From: Paragordius varius
Taxonomy: Eukaryota > Animalia > Nematomorpha
NCBI GenBank assembly: GCA_964247055.1
Contig: OZ176054.1
Location: 12,958,001 to 13,022,000 of the forward strand
DNA length: 64,000 nt
Direction of reading: 5' to 3'
The notes below the pieces were generated by a model. That model searched no databases and was not told where the DNA came from. It saw only the letters and a list, made by a program, of their open reading frames with translations. This document shows positions 40,605-53,201 of this stretch, one piece after another; within the stretch, counting starts at the first letter, position 1, and every line of letters begins with the position of its first letter. Both the position numbers and the translations under genes were made by a program.

Positions 40605-43600
40605 TATAATGTATCGCATATAACGAATCGGTGATGACAATACAAAACAATGATAATTTATTAAGAATTTAGATATATTTATACTTTTTGATTAATGATA
40701 ATTTTAACATGCATGTGCGTCACAATTATAAGAAATGTCTTTTATTCTACGAATATATATATAAGAATTCCACGAATAATGACGCACAAACATACACGTG
40801 CGATTAATATAAAAATATATGTAATAAAATATAATGATGCAACGTTGTAGTATCCACTACATAACATTCTCTTCCTCCTCTACAAAACGCTTCGGCGGTT
40901 TTCGAACTCGGTCTGGATACCGCCTGGGGGCCTCCCCCTGCTCAACATCCGATCTCAGTTGATCGGCATGTTTACGCATCTCTTTTTCATCTTCATCCTT
41001 TACTTCATAGGATAACGGCCCCGTCCTTACTTCCACCGTACCCGGTCGCCATCCTCTTGATGTCTCGTTCTTTATAAAAACTGACTGATCCGGTGTGAAT
41101 TCTCTTAAGGGTCTCGGTGGCGTACTTTCTTTAGGCGTTTCTTTATCTTGCAACCAATTCAACGGTGTGTTGATGTTTCTCTTCAAAAACAACGATGCGG
41201 GGGTCGTCTTAATCTCGTTATGCCATGAATTACGATAGGCCAATAAAACATTATTTAAAACCTCCTGACTCTTCACTCCAGGCATCATCGTGGAACGGAA
41301 TCTCGACTTCAACGTATAAATTACTCTTTCTACCAAACAATCTTTTTTGATTTGCGTTTTATTTAAATTTAAATCCACGAATGCGATTTGTCGGATTTTT
41401 TCGGCCACATATTCATCATCATTGTCTACGGATGTCTGACTCTTTTCGGGAAGTCTTGAAAACACATCGGCCATGTTTGTCGATCCCGCAATATATTTCA
41501 TATCAAAATCATACGCGGCGGCCTTGTAGATCCATCTTAACAATTTACAGTTTTTAATATCACTTAACTTCCGATTGTTTCCGAATAAATGAACCAACGG
41601 CTTATGATCTGACCAGACCTCACATTTCTGTCCATAAATATAATAATGGAATTTTTCTAAACCAAATAACAAAGCCTTGGTTTCCAATTCAATCACAGAA
41701 TAATTTTTCTCTGCATTCTGGCATTTTCTTGATGCGAATGCAATTGGTACCATTCTGTTATTTTCCATTTGCAGAAGTACCGCTCCAAAGCCTTTTGTAG
41801 ACGCATCCACTTGTATTATTGTTTTATTATTTATGTTATAAGTGGCCAGTAAAGATTCTCTTGATATTAAGTTTTTTGCTTGCTTGAATTCATTTTGATG
41901 TTCTTGTGACCATCTCCATTCCTTTTTGGATCCTGTTAGTGCATGTAGATTACTAACTTTGACATGTAAACCAGGAATAAAACGTTCATAAAAATTGAGC
42001 AATCCCAAAAATGATCTTAACTCAGTTTTATTCGTGGGTGTTGCACATTTAGCAATGGCGTCGAGCTTATCTTGTACAGGACGGATTCCCTGTTTTGATA
42101 ACTCAAACCCCAAAAATTTTATATTCTTCTGATACAGCTTTAATTTATCTTTTCTTAGTGTAAACCCGCATTGTTGTAACTTTGCTAAGGTCTCGCTCAG
42201 ATTTCTATCGTGTTCCTCTTTCGTTTTACCAACAATCAAAACATCGTCGAGATAAGCCATTGTGCCCCTGCAATCTTTGAGTACCTCATCCATTATTCTC
42301 TGGAAAAGCATGGGAGAAACCTTCAATCCAAATGGTAGGCGATTAAATTGGAAATATCCCATCGGGGTAGTAATAACTAAATATTTTTTACTTTCCACAT
42401 CCACCGGAATTTGAAGGTATGCGTCCTTTAAATCAATGGACGAGAACCATGTGGATCCCGCACATTTAGACGCGATCATGTCAAATGTCGGGATAATCTG
42501 AGATATGTTCTCCATCAAAGAATTGATAGTTACCCGGAAATCAGCGCACACCCTAATTTCCCCATTAGTTTTTACGACGTTAACCGTAGGAGTCGCCCAT
42601 TCCACATGGTGTTGTGTTGGATCTACGGGACTCACTATTCCCAGGTCTATCAGTCTCTGTATTTCCATCTCTACTTTACTCTGTAGTGCCAATGGAATTC
42701 GCCGTGCAGCGCAGACTTTTGGTATTGCATCTGATCGGACATACAATTTGACAGGATCACCGTTGTAACAACCCAATTTCCCGTTAAAGAGTTTTGGAAA
42801 TCGCTTGAATACATTGTCATGACCATTATTATTATTAGATGTTATTTGATTAACACTCACGTTATCCGGTAAGGTCATGCCACAACCAATGATCCACGGC
42901 AGCCCAAATATAGGAGATAGCTCTTCTTCCGTCACAAAACATTCTAATTTCTTCGTAATATTTCCCATTGTTACATTGACAACTGTTTTTCCCAAGAGTT
43001 TGATTGGGTTGTTTCCGTAGGAAGTTAATCTGGGAGCACTTTTTAGTAACGGTGCTCCCACCGTCTTCCAAACGTTTTTATTAATTAAAGAAGCAGCAGC
43101 TCCAGTATCAAAAACCATACTGACAGCTTGGCCATTAATCGTAGCGCAAATGTTCGCTTGTGTGCCCCATTTATTATAATTAGCGTTTATATTATCACTA
43201 TATCGTTTCTTATGGCGACACATTGCCTGAAAATGATTTTTTTTATTACAATTGTGGCATATTTTTCCGAACGCGGGACATTGTTTATGTATATGCGATT
43301 TACCACATTTGCTACATCTCCGCTTCCATTTATTATTATTGCCATCATCATTTTTTTTATATTCCATATTATTACTCTTATGATTATTATTATTATTATC
43401 ATTCGACCGATTCTTTTGAATTCTGAGGATACTGCTTGACGACACATGGGAGGCAATATCGGCCCTTGCAAGTTCCTGAGCCAAGGCCATGTCGACAATG
43501 GTGGTTAATGACACCGCCTTCCCATCACACTTTGCATCGGGGAATCGTGAATAAAGATCCACCTCCAATGATTGCAAGTTTAATCCAGCCACAAAACTGT

Positions 43601-44258
43601 CTCTAATTCTCTCCTCCACCTCTGTTTGAAATTCAGCCTTTTCCGCCACACTCTTGACTCTTTGCAAAAATTCCGTGAATGTTTCTCCATCATTTCTCCG
43701 CAAACGAGCAAACTCAAACCTTGCAGCGAAGACAGACTTGGCAGGTGAGAAAAGTTTAAGACCAATGTCATGAATTTTAGACCAAGGAGCATCATCAATT
43801 GATTCCGGAAAAATCATTGTTTCGATCTTATTAATTGTTTTAAGACCAGCTCCAGCCAAAAACAGTACTTTGATATTATCATCATTAATATCAACATTTT
43901 TGGAGATCATAACTCTTTTGACATATCTGATATAGGTGGCAAAATCATAATTGTCATCGTATCCTTCGATTGAAATTTTTTCCATCGTCGCCAGAATATA
44001 ATGTATCGCATATAACGAATCGGTGATGACAATACAAAACAATGATAATTTATTAAGAATTTAGATATATTTATACTTTTTGATTAATGATAATTTTAAC
44101 ATGCATGTGCGTCACAATTATAAGAAATGTCTTTTATTCTACGAATATATATATAAGAATTCCACGAATAATGACGCACAAACATACACGTGCGATTAAT
44201 ATAAAAATATATGTAATAAAATATAATGATGCAACGTTGTAGTATCCACTACATAACA
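40605..44258 (-). mobile_element. Ty3/gypsy (Mag-like) LTR retrotransposon, 3654 bp; 262-bp LTRs 40605-40866 and 43997-44258; 5-bp TSD ATTCC
   Basis: ATTCC at 40600-40604 and 44259-44263 reconstructs the empty site. The LTRs look identical by eye. PBS TGGCGACGATGG (43993-43982, tRNA-Ser-like); PPT GAGGAGGAAGAGAA next to the 3' LTR. Confidence 0.96.
40857..43985 (-). CDS. Single gag-pol ORF, 1042 aa: gag with two Cys-His knuckles, protease, RT, RNase H, and an integrase lacking the HHCC and D,D core
   Basis: CSKCGKSHIHKQC and CHNCNKKNHFQAMC; FDTGAAAS; YLDD; VDASTKGFGAVL / ELETKAL / SDHKPL. TQIKKD is fused directly to CLVERVIYTLK. The ATG overlaps the PBS and the stop lies inside the 3' LTR. 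Confidence 0.92.
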   Translation of the reverse strand: MEKISIEGYDDNYDFATYIRYVKRVMISKNVDINDDNIKVLFLAGAGLKTINKIETMIFPESIDDAPWSKIHDIGLKLFSPAKSVFAARFEFARLRRNDGETFTEFLQRVKSVAEKAEFQTEVEERIRDSFVAGLNLQSLEVDLYSRFPDAKCDGKAVSLTTIVDMALAQELARADIASHVSSSSILRIQKNRSNDNNNNNHKSNNMEYKKNDDGNNNKWKRRCSKCGKSHIHKQCPAFGKICHNCNKKNHFQAMCRHKKRYSDNINANYNKWGTQANICATINGQAVSMVFDTGAAASLINKNVWKTVGAPLLKSAPRLTSYGNNPIKLLGKTVVNVTMGNITKKLECFVTEEELSPIFGLPWIIGCGMTLPDNVSVNQITSNNNNGHDNVFKRFPKLFNGKLGCYNGDPVKLYVRSDAIPKVCAARRIPLALQSKVEMEIQRLIDLGIVSPVDPTQHHVEWATPTVNVVKTNGEIRVCADFRVTINSLMENISQIIPTFDMIASKCAGSTWFSSIDLKDAYLQIPVDVESKKYLVITTPMGYFQFNRLPFGLKVSPMLFQRIMDEVLKDCRGTMAYLDDVLIVGKTKEEHDRNLSETLAKLQQCGFTLRKDKLKLYQKNIKFLGFELSKQGIRPVQDKLDAIAKCATPTNKTELRSFLGLLNFYERFIPGLHVKVSNLHALTGSKKEWRWSQEHQNEFKQAKNLISRESLLATYNINNKTIIQVDASTKGFGAVLLQMENNRMVPIAFASRKCQNAEKNYSVIELETKALLFGLEKFHYYIYGQKCEVWSDHKPLVHLFGNNRKLSDIKNCKLLRWIYKAAAYDFDMKYIAGSTNMADVFSRLPEKSQTSVDNDDEYVAEKIRQIAFVDLNLNKTQIKKDCLVERVIYTLKSRFRSTMMPGVKSQEVLNNVLLAYRNSWHNEIKTTPASLFLKRNINTPLNWLQDKETPKESTPPRPLREFTPDQSVFIKNETSRGWRPGTVEVRTGPLSYEVKDEDEKEMRKHADQLRSDVEQGEAPRRYPDRVRKPPKRFVEEEENVM

Positions 44259-45577
44259 ATTCCCTATTATGGGCAGTGTGGATGGGCCATTGTATATCAG
44301 ACCAGGTTCCATCATCATTTATTTTTGGATTTCTATTTTTTGCAGAAAAAAAAGGATAATTGAAAATCTTTTTTAAAAATTTATAAATTAATATTAAATG
44401 TGTGAATATTCATATTGTCAAAATATTATATTACCCAGTTTTAGCAAAATTGGTCCAAAATCGCATCATGAGCCAGCTTAGTTCAATTTCTTTGGGTTTA
44501 TATCCCTTTGCAGGATCCAACGGTTCCCCAAATATATAATTGATTTCATCGGCATGCATGACGCCCATCCAAGATGGCCAGGGGTGAGTCGATGATCTGT
44601 GAGTATAATAGTATTTGAACACATTTGCCCCAGATTGGGTGTAGATGAAGGCGCCCATATTAACCCCACAGGTAAAGTAATGATCACCGACACTTTTGTC
44701 AAATGCATCTAACATTTTCTTGGGGTCTGAGGGATCCTCCCAATGCGTATACTCATAGAATATGGCTTTTCAACCAAATTGATTGAATTGAGGTAATAAT
44801 TCGGGTAAGGCTTTAGCAAAAGCGTGTCGATCAACGGTAACCGCCTTTTCTAACGGGATAAAAAGATTCGTTAGCTGATAAATGTTAAAATATGTGCCCT
44901 CGTAGAAATTTTATATGGGTCTCCGCAACTCAGAGATTATAAGTTAAAATTAAATCTTATATTTCAGAAAGTATTTTTTATATCATTTAAAGCGTTTTTT
45001 ATTCCTTGTCCGTATTTGAGAATCATAAATTAGAATTAAGTAAGAATACAAATGTTTTTTTATTTATCTAATAATATCTATATATGATAACACAAAGGAA
45101 CATCTATATTAAAATAAATTCAATCTCTGTAATATTCGATAATAAATAAAAAAAAAGATTTTATAGCAATACAATTGAATAGAATAGATTTAGGTAATTA
45201 TAATTGTGCACATGTCGTCTCATATATGTATGCACAACATTACATATGCGGCCAGGAATTATATTTTTTGTATTATTTGTTAAATATGGCACGTGTGGGT
45301 CTTTTAAAGTATTTTTACCTGTACATTTTTTTGATAAGACTTCTGGAATAAAATATTATTGATTATCAATTTTAGAAGTCATTGAGTTATCAATAAAATT
45401 ATAAAATCAAAAATATATCTATACATTGTTTTTACACACCTGTTTCAATACAAAGTGTCTATTTATGACTTGGTGTTAAAATTATAATGTAAATGTTTCA
45501 GAATCAAGAATTTTTTCAATGATTTTATTTATTTTCAATTACATCACAGAATAGAGGACATTAAATGGATCCATAAT

Positions 45578-48500
45578 TCAATCATTAGAGTTTTGCGGCC
45601 TAAAACAAATACATAAATTTGTCATGAAGGGTGATGTGTTTGATTTAGTTTTCGAATTTTTTTTAACATTTTTATTGTTGTTTTCTCCAAATTGATGTTT
45701 GGAGTCTTCTGGAGGAGTCATGAACTTAACGCGTGATCCAATATTATCTTCTTGACTATAAAAAAGATTCGAAAAAAATTCCTATGAAATTAGAGATAGG
45801 AACCGTCATGAAACTAATACACGGTTTATCCGAAGATATTTTAGTTTTTCCCTTATTCTTACAGTAAAAAATGAGATTATACGGGCAAAATGTAATAAAT
45901 ATATAGACAAATGTTTTTTTTTCAAAAGACCGCTGTACTTACTTTTTTTCGATATAAATGATTGTTAAATTAAAAAGTATGTAATAAAGATTTAAATTGG
46001 AAACAATTAATTATGGATTTTCAAATTGTATTAAATTATAGAAATAGGGTTTACAAAAGTAGTTTGTCTTTTTATCAAAAAGCCTGTTTTATATAATTTT
46101 ACGTTTTTGCCTCAATTTTTATTGTACATTTCTAAATCAAAATAACCGAATCATTTCTGGCAAAACAAATCCGAACTTATAAAAATCCCTCGTTTCAATT
46201 TAATAAAATCAATTAATGGTATTAATCACATAAAAAGTTTTTCAATTAAGGAAATATTGCTTTCCTCACTTATATCTAACAAAATGCGATTCAAAAAAAA
46301 TCCTATAAAATTAGAGATCAGAACCGTCATGAACCAATACACGGTTTTCGGATTTTTAATTAAAACTTTATTCTTTATATTATGTCATATTGTATGTAGG
46401 GTATAAATTGAGATTATACGGACAAAACGTAAAAAATATCTTTTTACAAAAGACCGCTGTACTTTTTAAAACTTTATTTTCGACATAAATCATTGTTTTT
46501 AATTGAAAAGTATGAAATAAAGATGTAATTTGAACAACAATCAATTATGGATTTTAAAATTGTATTTAAATAATATATATCTGGAATAATTGAGGTTTAC
46601 AAAAGTATGGTGTCTTCTTATAAAAGACTGTCATAATAAGTTTACGTTTTGTTTGTATCATTTTTGAAGGTTACTGGGTTATATAATCTATACCGGACCA
46701 TTTTTGACAAAAAAACTATTCCGAATCCCATCAACAATCCCACTTTCCAATCTCAGAATAAAAATCAATTAATAGTATTAAAATTTTGAAATGATTTTAA
46801 TGATTTTCATTATAAGGAAATTTTATTTTCCTTAATAACTTATATTCAACTAAATGCCATTTTACTAGTGTATCATTTAGATCAAATAAGAGGTGAATTG
46901 CTAATTAACTTATTGTCCATATAAAAAATAGAGATAAAATTCAAATCATTATAAATAATTGCTAATTTATCCATATACTCATTTTTCCAATATTCACGTC
47001 CATTTTTATCAATTTTAGTTAAAACAAATCCCATTTACAAAATATAAGCATTTATAATTTCGTACCTTACAAGCTCATCACTTTTCATTGGATTGTAGGA
47101 GGGAAAACCTGATTCAAGTCCACCCACACTCCGATCTAACATAACAGCTCTTGAAATGAAATCTTCAAATCCGGATTCTTCTTTAGCATGCATTTTCTGT
47201 TGCTGTTGTTGCCTTTTATTGGCAAAAAAATCCATGTAATTTTCATCATGTCCAACCATATTGTTGTCTACAATATTCATGTTTTGGCCCATTAAATTTT
47301 TATTTACAGGCATTACTGGCCATGCTAAATCACTCGATGCCGATTGACCTATTCGTTTTTCATCTAAACCCTGTTTTAATAAAATTTTCTATAGTTAATT
47401 ATTCAATAATTACTCTTAATTAGATAATCGGATATAATTGTTTTATAAGTTGGAAAGCAAAGTGTTTAGATAGGTTAGCCTATTAGTTATTATATTAGAT
47501 ATATTAATATACTCTGGTAACCTGTTAGCAACTGAGACCATTAAGTTGGGGTTTTAATTATTAAATAGAAAAATTATATTTAAAGGGCTTCGAACAGGAA
47601 CCACATGGAATCAGCCGGTGAGTTTTCATCAGAAACAGATTTCGTTGGGATGCAACCACCCCGGTTACCTTTTTAAATTCCCAGTTCTAATTTCACCTTA
47701 TTTGAACTGGTTCGAAGCCCTGATTAAAGGCTTTTTTTAGCTTACCACATTTTGCATATCCTGTTTCACATCATCGGCATAGTAATAGGCGGAAGAAGAA
47801 ATGTTTGATGGTTTTGGCTCCATATTGGTTGTCGATATTTCTGGCGAGGGAGGTAATTTCCCACTCCAATCAAACATGTAATCATAATCCCAACCATAAT
47901 TTTGCAATAATGTTTCAAATAATTGTTTGAGGTAGGCATAATCTGGCGTTTCAACAAAATCAAGACCTCTGGCATACCGAACTAAAATTTTGAATTCTTC
48001 GGGCAAACCCGAACATAGAGTATCTGGATCAATATCTCGTTTCATTTCAGCAATCTTACGGTACTTTTGTTTGGAGGATTCGGTTTTAATCAACTTTAAG
48101 CCTGGACTTGTGGATATTGAATCAAAAATATATATTGGATATATTAATACTTTTTAACTTTTTGGATAAATTTTATAGTAAAAATTGAAATTATAGGAAC
48201 AAAACTCAAAAATAAAGGCAAATATATTATCCATCCACCTTTTTAATCTTGAATTTGTAAATTTTTAAAAATTGTTAAAGATTGCAAAGTATGATATAAA
48301 AATATATATTGATAACACAATCAATAACATTTTTTATATTTTGTATATAAATAATTTATAAAATTTATGGATAAAAAAAAGAATGGTTGTCTTTTAAAAA
48401 AAATATTTTATCCTTATAATTTCAGTTTTTACTGTATATGAATAAATATTTACCTTGCCAAGGCAAGGAACCCTTTAGAAAATATAAGAACATGTATGCA

Positions 48501-49878
48501 AGTCCTTCAAGATCATCCCTTCGGCTCTGTTCTATGCCAAAATGCGTGTTAACGGACATATATCGGGCAGTTCCAGTCAAGGGTTTCTGTTCACGGTACT
48601 TTATGTGTTTACCTGATATACGATATGAGTGTATGCCAATAAAAATTTAAATTTTTATTCCAGTAAAAAGTTACAGTAAAAAATGAAATTAAACAGACAA
48701 AAACGTAAAAATATAAGGACAAACATTTATTTCAAAAGACAACCATACTTTTTTAAACCGTGATTTTTCCCCCATAAAATATTTTATTAAATATAATATT
48801 AACTGTGTATCTAATTAACATCTCTATTACAGTTTTCGTGGTTTAAAACAATGAGTCATATATAAATAAATCAAGGGTAAAAAATGGTTATTTTTTTAAT
48901 TATGTTTTGTTCGCATACCTTATTTCACTTTTACTGTAAATTTTTTGTATATTAGCTACATACCATTTTTATCAATATATTCTTTGGCTAATCCAAAATC
49001 AACGACCCATATAATTCCTTCAGTACCGTTAGCCCGTTTCCCAATCAAAAAATTTTCGGGTTTCACATCGCGATAAACCAAACCATAGTAATGTATAAAT
49101 TCGATTCGATTTATCAATTGTATAGCAATCATAATCACCGTTTTAAGACTAAACTGTTTATTGCAGTACAGGAATAGGTCTTGAAGACTGGGTCCTAACA
49201 AGTCCATCACCATAACGCGATAGGAACCACAGTGACCAAAATAATATACGCGGGGTATACCTTCAGCATATATCCCATACCTAAATTGATGATGAAACAA
49301 ACAATCGTTTAAATTACAGTAAAAATTTTAGTCATAAAGGCAAAAAGTATTTTAATTTTTTCTATTATTGTTGCATATATGTGTTTGGCATTTGAAACAA
49401 AATTTTAAATCGTCGTTTTCAACTCAAAACGACGGTTATTTTATGAAATTAAAGCTTAAAAAGGTATGGCAAACGTTTTATCCTTATAATTAGATTTCTT
49501 ACTGCAAGTTATTACACGTTAATACCTTTCATCCTGATGCAGTCGACTGTACAATTCATATTCCCGTTTTAGTTGAGGGATTTCAGCATTTCCCGCCTCA
49601 ATCTTTATGGCAGCTAAAGTGTTTGTAGCTATATGAATACAATATCGCAATTCACCGAACGTACCCGAACCAATATGCTGAGCTATTTGATATAGTTTTG
49701 GGTTATTTTTTATGTTGGTGCCGTTTGATTTGGAAAAACGATCAACACCAACTATACGACCCTGTAATTTGTCTTTTTCGCCACCATGGTGAGTTTCGGA
49801 GGAATTGATATTAACGCTATTATTGGAATGCTTAACCCCTATGTTATAGTAGGGGTCTTCGGTTTTCCCAGGACTCAT
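45578..49878 (-). CDS. CSNK1G: Casein kinase 1 gamma copy 3, apparently intact, 555 aa (exons 49878-49526, 49280-48964, 48612-48454, 48101-47746, 47370-47066, 45755-45578)
   Basis: 353+317+159+356+305+178 = 1668 nt, open, GT-AG; same kinase motifs and CICF tail. Confidence 0.9.
45775..46900. repeat. Diverged ~520-bp tandem duplication inside CK1-gamma copy 3 intron 5
   Basis: The blocks CCTATxAAATTAGAGATxGGAACCGTCATG...AAAGACCGCTGTAC occur near 45780 and again near 46300; the other units have one copy. Confidence 0.65.
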
Positions 49879-50429
49879 GATTTGAAATATTAAATTAGAT
49901 ATCGATTACACATTAGGGTTCAAGTTAATGAATCTTGTTTGAAGATATTTCATTTTTTTCGAAACTGAGAGCCCGGAGCCGAAAAAAAGTTTTTTACCAA
50001 ATGAAAAATTAATTATAATATTACTTATAAAAATAGCACTAATATCAGTTATAGTAAAAAAGAAATCATTTAATTTAACAATAATGCTATGCAGCGGTTT
50101 TAACAATCACGTAAATTTGATTTTGTGATATATTTTTATTATGTACATTATTTTCTTATATTTATTTTGGATTTGATATTTTCACTTATATTTAATAGCG
50201 TATCTTTATATTCATAAAAATTGATCATATAGGTAGACCTTAACCTTCTTATTTATTTATATATCAATAAATATAAATAGTTACTTTTTCATTTGTGTAA
50301 TGTATCAAAAAAATAAGTATATATAAAACAATATATTTTGGGTAATTCGTATTCTTTTGAGAATTATGGTTAGCTCCAACGGTAAATCCAAAAAACTAAT
50401 TTTTATATCATAAATCGCTCATAATCCGG

Positions 50430-50467
<38 letters not shown>

Positions 50468-53201
50468 GATTTATATTTTGATATGATAATGTATCATTAT
50501 GGCGCTTTTAGTTTGGTTACGAGTTATTTAACAGATGATTTTTTTCATACCCAAAATTAAAAATCGAAAATTTCACACAAATTATGTTATCCACATATTG
50601 GAATGGAAGTAGGAAAAAATTGGAGGTTATACAAACAAAAAAGCGATGATGGCCTGGTATAAGTTTTGTTGCATAATTAAGTAATTTTTTATATTACTTT
50701 ACCGTGAAAATAATTTTGCAATAAATCAGCTTATGAATTTGGAAATTAAACTCGGCATATATGGGTATCATGTGAGGGAACTTTACATCATGTACATTTT
50801 TTGCATACACTAACATCGCTATTGTATATTCGTTTCTATTCTTTACAAAAATAATAAATAATCCTTTTACAATGGGATTAAGAACAACGAAAAAAGTGAT
50901 ACTTGCCTAACATTTTTATTTCGTGCCTCAAAATGCGAAACATGAAATGAAGTTGAAAAAGAGAGGTGTGGTTTCAAAAAAATTTTTTTAACCTAATTCG
51001 ATTACTAATTTTAATAGGTGATGAGTTATAGAATAAATTTCCGTGTAATTATTTTATCACGTACATTATATAATGGTTAATCACTAGGAGTTGAATCGAG
51101 CATCATAGCGCAAACGGTAAAATATCAAATTATAATTCCAAAAAGAAAAAGAGTGATATATATTATATTATATATCCCTACTTGGAGCTATCCTACATGA
51201 GGAAAAAGGTGAAATTTACAATATAAAAGGTGTGGATAATTTGAGTTATTTAATGAGAAAATCATCCAATATCAAACGATTCGGACATAATAGTTTTTGA
51301 TTAATTGTTCATCGCCCAAATTTAATAGGGCTAAATTTTTCCAAGGCAGTCCCTATCTAAAATGTCAAATTATTAGAAAATCATCATATTTATAAGCGAC
51401 CTACATTTACACAACTCTCAATCATAAAACTTAACAAGTCCCATATAATTCAAACAACAATAACAATCAAACCGAGGCCCGTGAGCGGCATACGGCCCGA
51501 AAAGTGCTTTTTATGGCCTGAATTAATTTTTTGCGCATATATAAATGTCTACAAATATGTCAAGCAGCTATAAAATTTATCGGTATTAATGTACAGTAAG
51601 CGGCCTTTGATACAAGATAAATATTTTTTTCGGCCCTCAAAATTATTTGGTGATTTCACTGATTTAGAAGTTATCCGATGAAAGATTGTTTTTGTATTAA
51701 TTTTACACAAAAAACAAAAATCATCAATCATCATTAATATATCCGACTTAATATATCAATTATATTAGGTAAACTATCTAAACAAGGGATTATATTATTA
51801 TTCATTTATATATGGTATAATAACTTATACTAAATATGACCTTTAACATATTATCCATATGGCAAGTTATTTAAAATAAATTAATAGTCTATTAAAACTT
51901 AAGTTAAAACTTTTCTTTACAATTTTTTATGTAAAAATGGCTGAATACTTAAAATTTATTAGTGCCGGGATTCCATTAAATCCTCTTCCCCCTCCATATA
52001 ATGAAAAATCCATATCAGCTGATATTCTCCGAGCCCCTTTTCGAAACAATGGACTAACAAAACGAGAAAAAACGGTTAGAATTTTATTTTGGACTAACTT
52101 TTGAAATATGGAGAATTTGTTGAATTGGAATATTTGTTTTATAATTATATTCTTTATTTAATAACAAGTTAATAATTTAATTTTAATCGTGATAAACAGG
52201 ATCCTGGCATAGAACATCTCTTCAAAGAATATAATTTAAAATGTGATTTTTTACAATTTTGTCTAAAAATATTATTTTTTATATAATGGTAAAATATTCC
52301 TCCTTTTTTTTGCCCTTTAGATTTTTAGTTTTTTTGCAAAAATTCTTATGACATATCAAAATTATGTTATATTGCATACATTTACGACTATTGATAATAT
52401 CGCTCCAGAAAATATTTTAACAACGGACAAAATTTAGTGTGTTGTCAAATGATTGTGGGTCATTTTCCATTTTATAATAATACAGAAATTAATACAATGA
52501 GTTAAAGCCATATAATTTAGTCATAATGAATATTGATTGTAATTGATAGTATACAAACATATATTTATATATATTAATATTGCTATGGCGATATAATTTG
52601 TGCTACTAATTTAGCAGCTTTTTGTCTGACGGTCCGCATTACAACAAACACTCAAAAGTTTTAAATTTATAATTTTTTAAAAACCTTGTTGTTGATAAAT
52701 ATTGTGGGCCACGTATGAAAGTTTAATTTTGCTGATCCTTGATTCGGTTAGTGTGGCATATTTCCTACCCCTCATATAATAATTAAGCATTAATATCCTA
52801 AAAACATCAGATATACCCGATTCTAAAAAAATAAAATTATATGCACCAACTCTCCTTAAATGCTATTTGAACATAATTATTTTTGAATGGGTAAACTTAA
52901 TAAGAGGTTTTTTTATTAATAATATCAATTCGGTCTTGATAGCGCAAAGAAATTATTTTTTTCCCTAATCTTTCATTTTTCCAAACTGTCCACCATTTCG
53001 ATTATAATATCATTGCATTTTTACATATAGTTGGCAGTTAAAAATGTGCTACGATATTCTCCCGTTTCTTTCCATGAGACGCTTGCCCCTGAATTTATGG
53101 AGGAACTAGAAAACAGAGGCCATATATACGCTTATCGATTTAAACCTGAGATTAGAATGAAGTTTCATATATACACCTATCCTTTAAACAATTTAGATTT
53201 T

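Larger units (their letters stand above)
40254..44910 (-). pseudogene. ACHE: Acetylcholinesterase 3' fragment, unit D; middle exon split by the gypsy element
   Basis: First exon 44910-44435 with CGA>TGA at 44772-44770; middle exon interrupted at 40604/44259; T exon 40402-40254 intact. Confidence 0.9.

Noticed and set aside
42505-43798. Short ORFs overlapping the gypsy ORF, and similar shadow ORFs over urocanase, AChE, CK1 and RTE exons
   Set aside because: They are alternate-frame or antisense by-products of GC-richer coding DNA with no recognisable motifs.
43986-44042. ORF-track start at 44042 for gag-pol
   Set aside because: It lies inside the 5' LTR; the ATG at 43985 after the PBS is the more plausible start.
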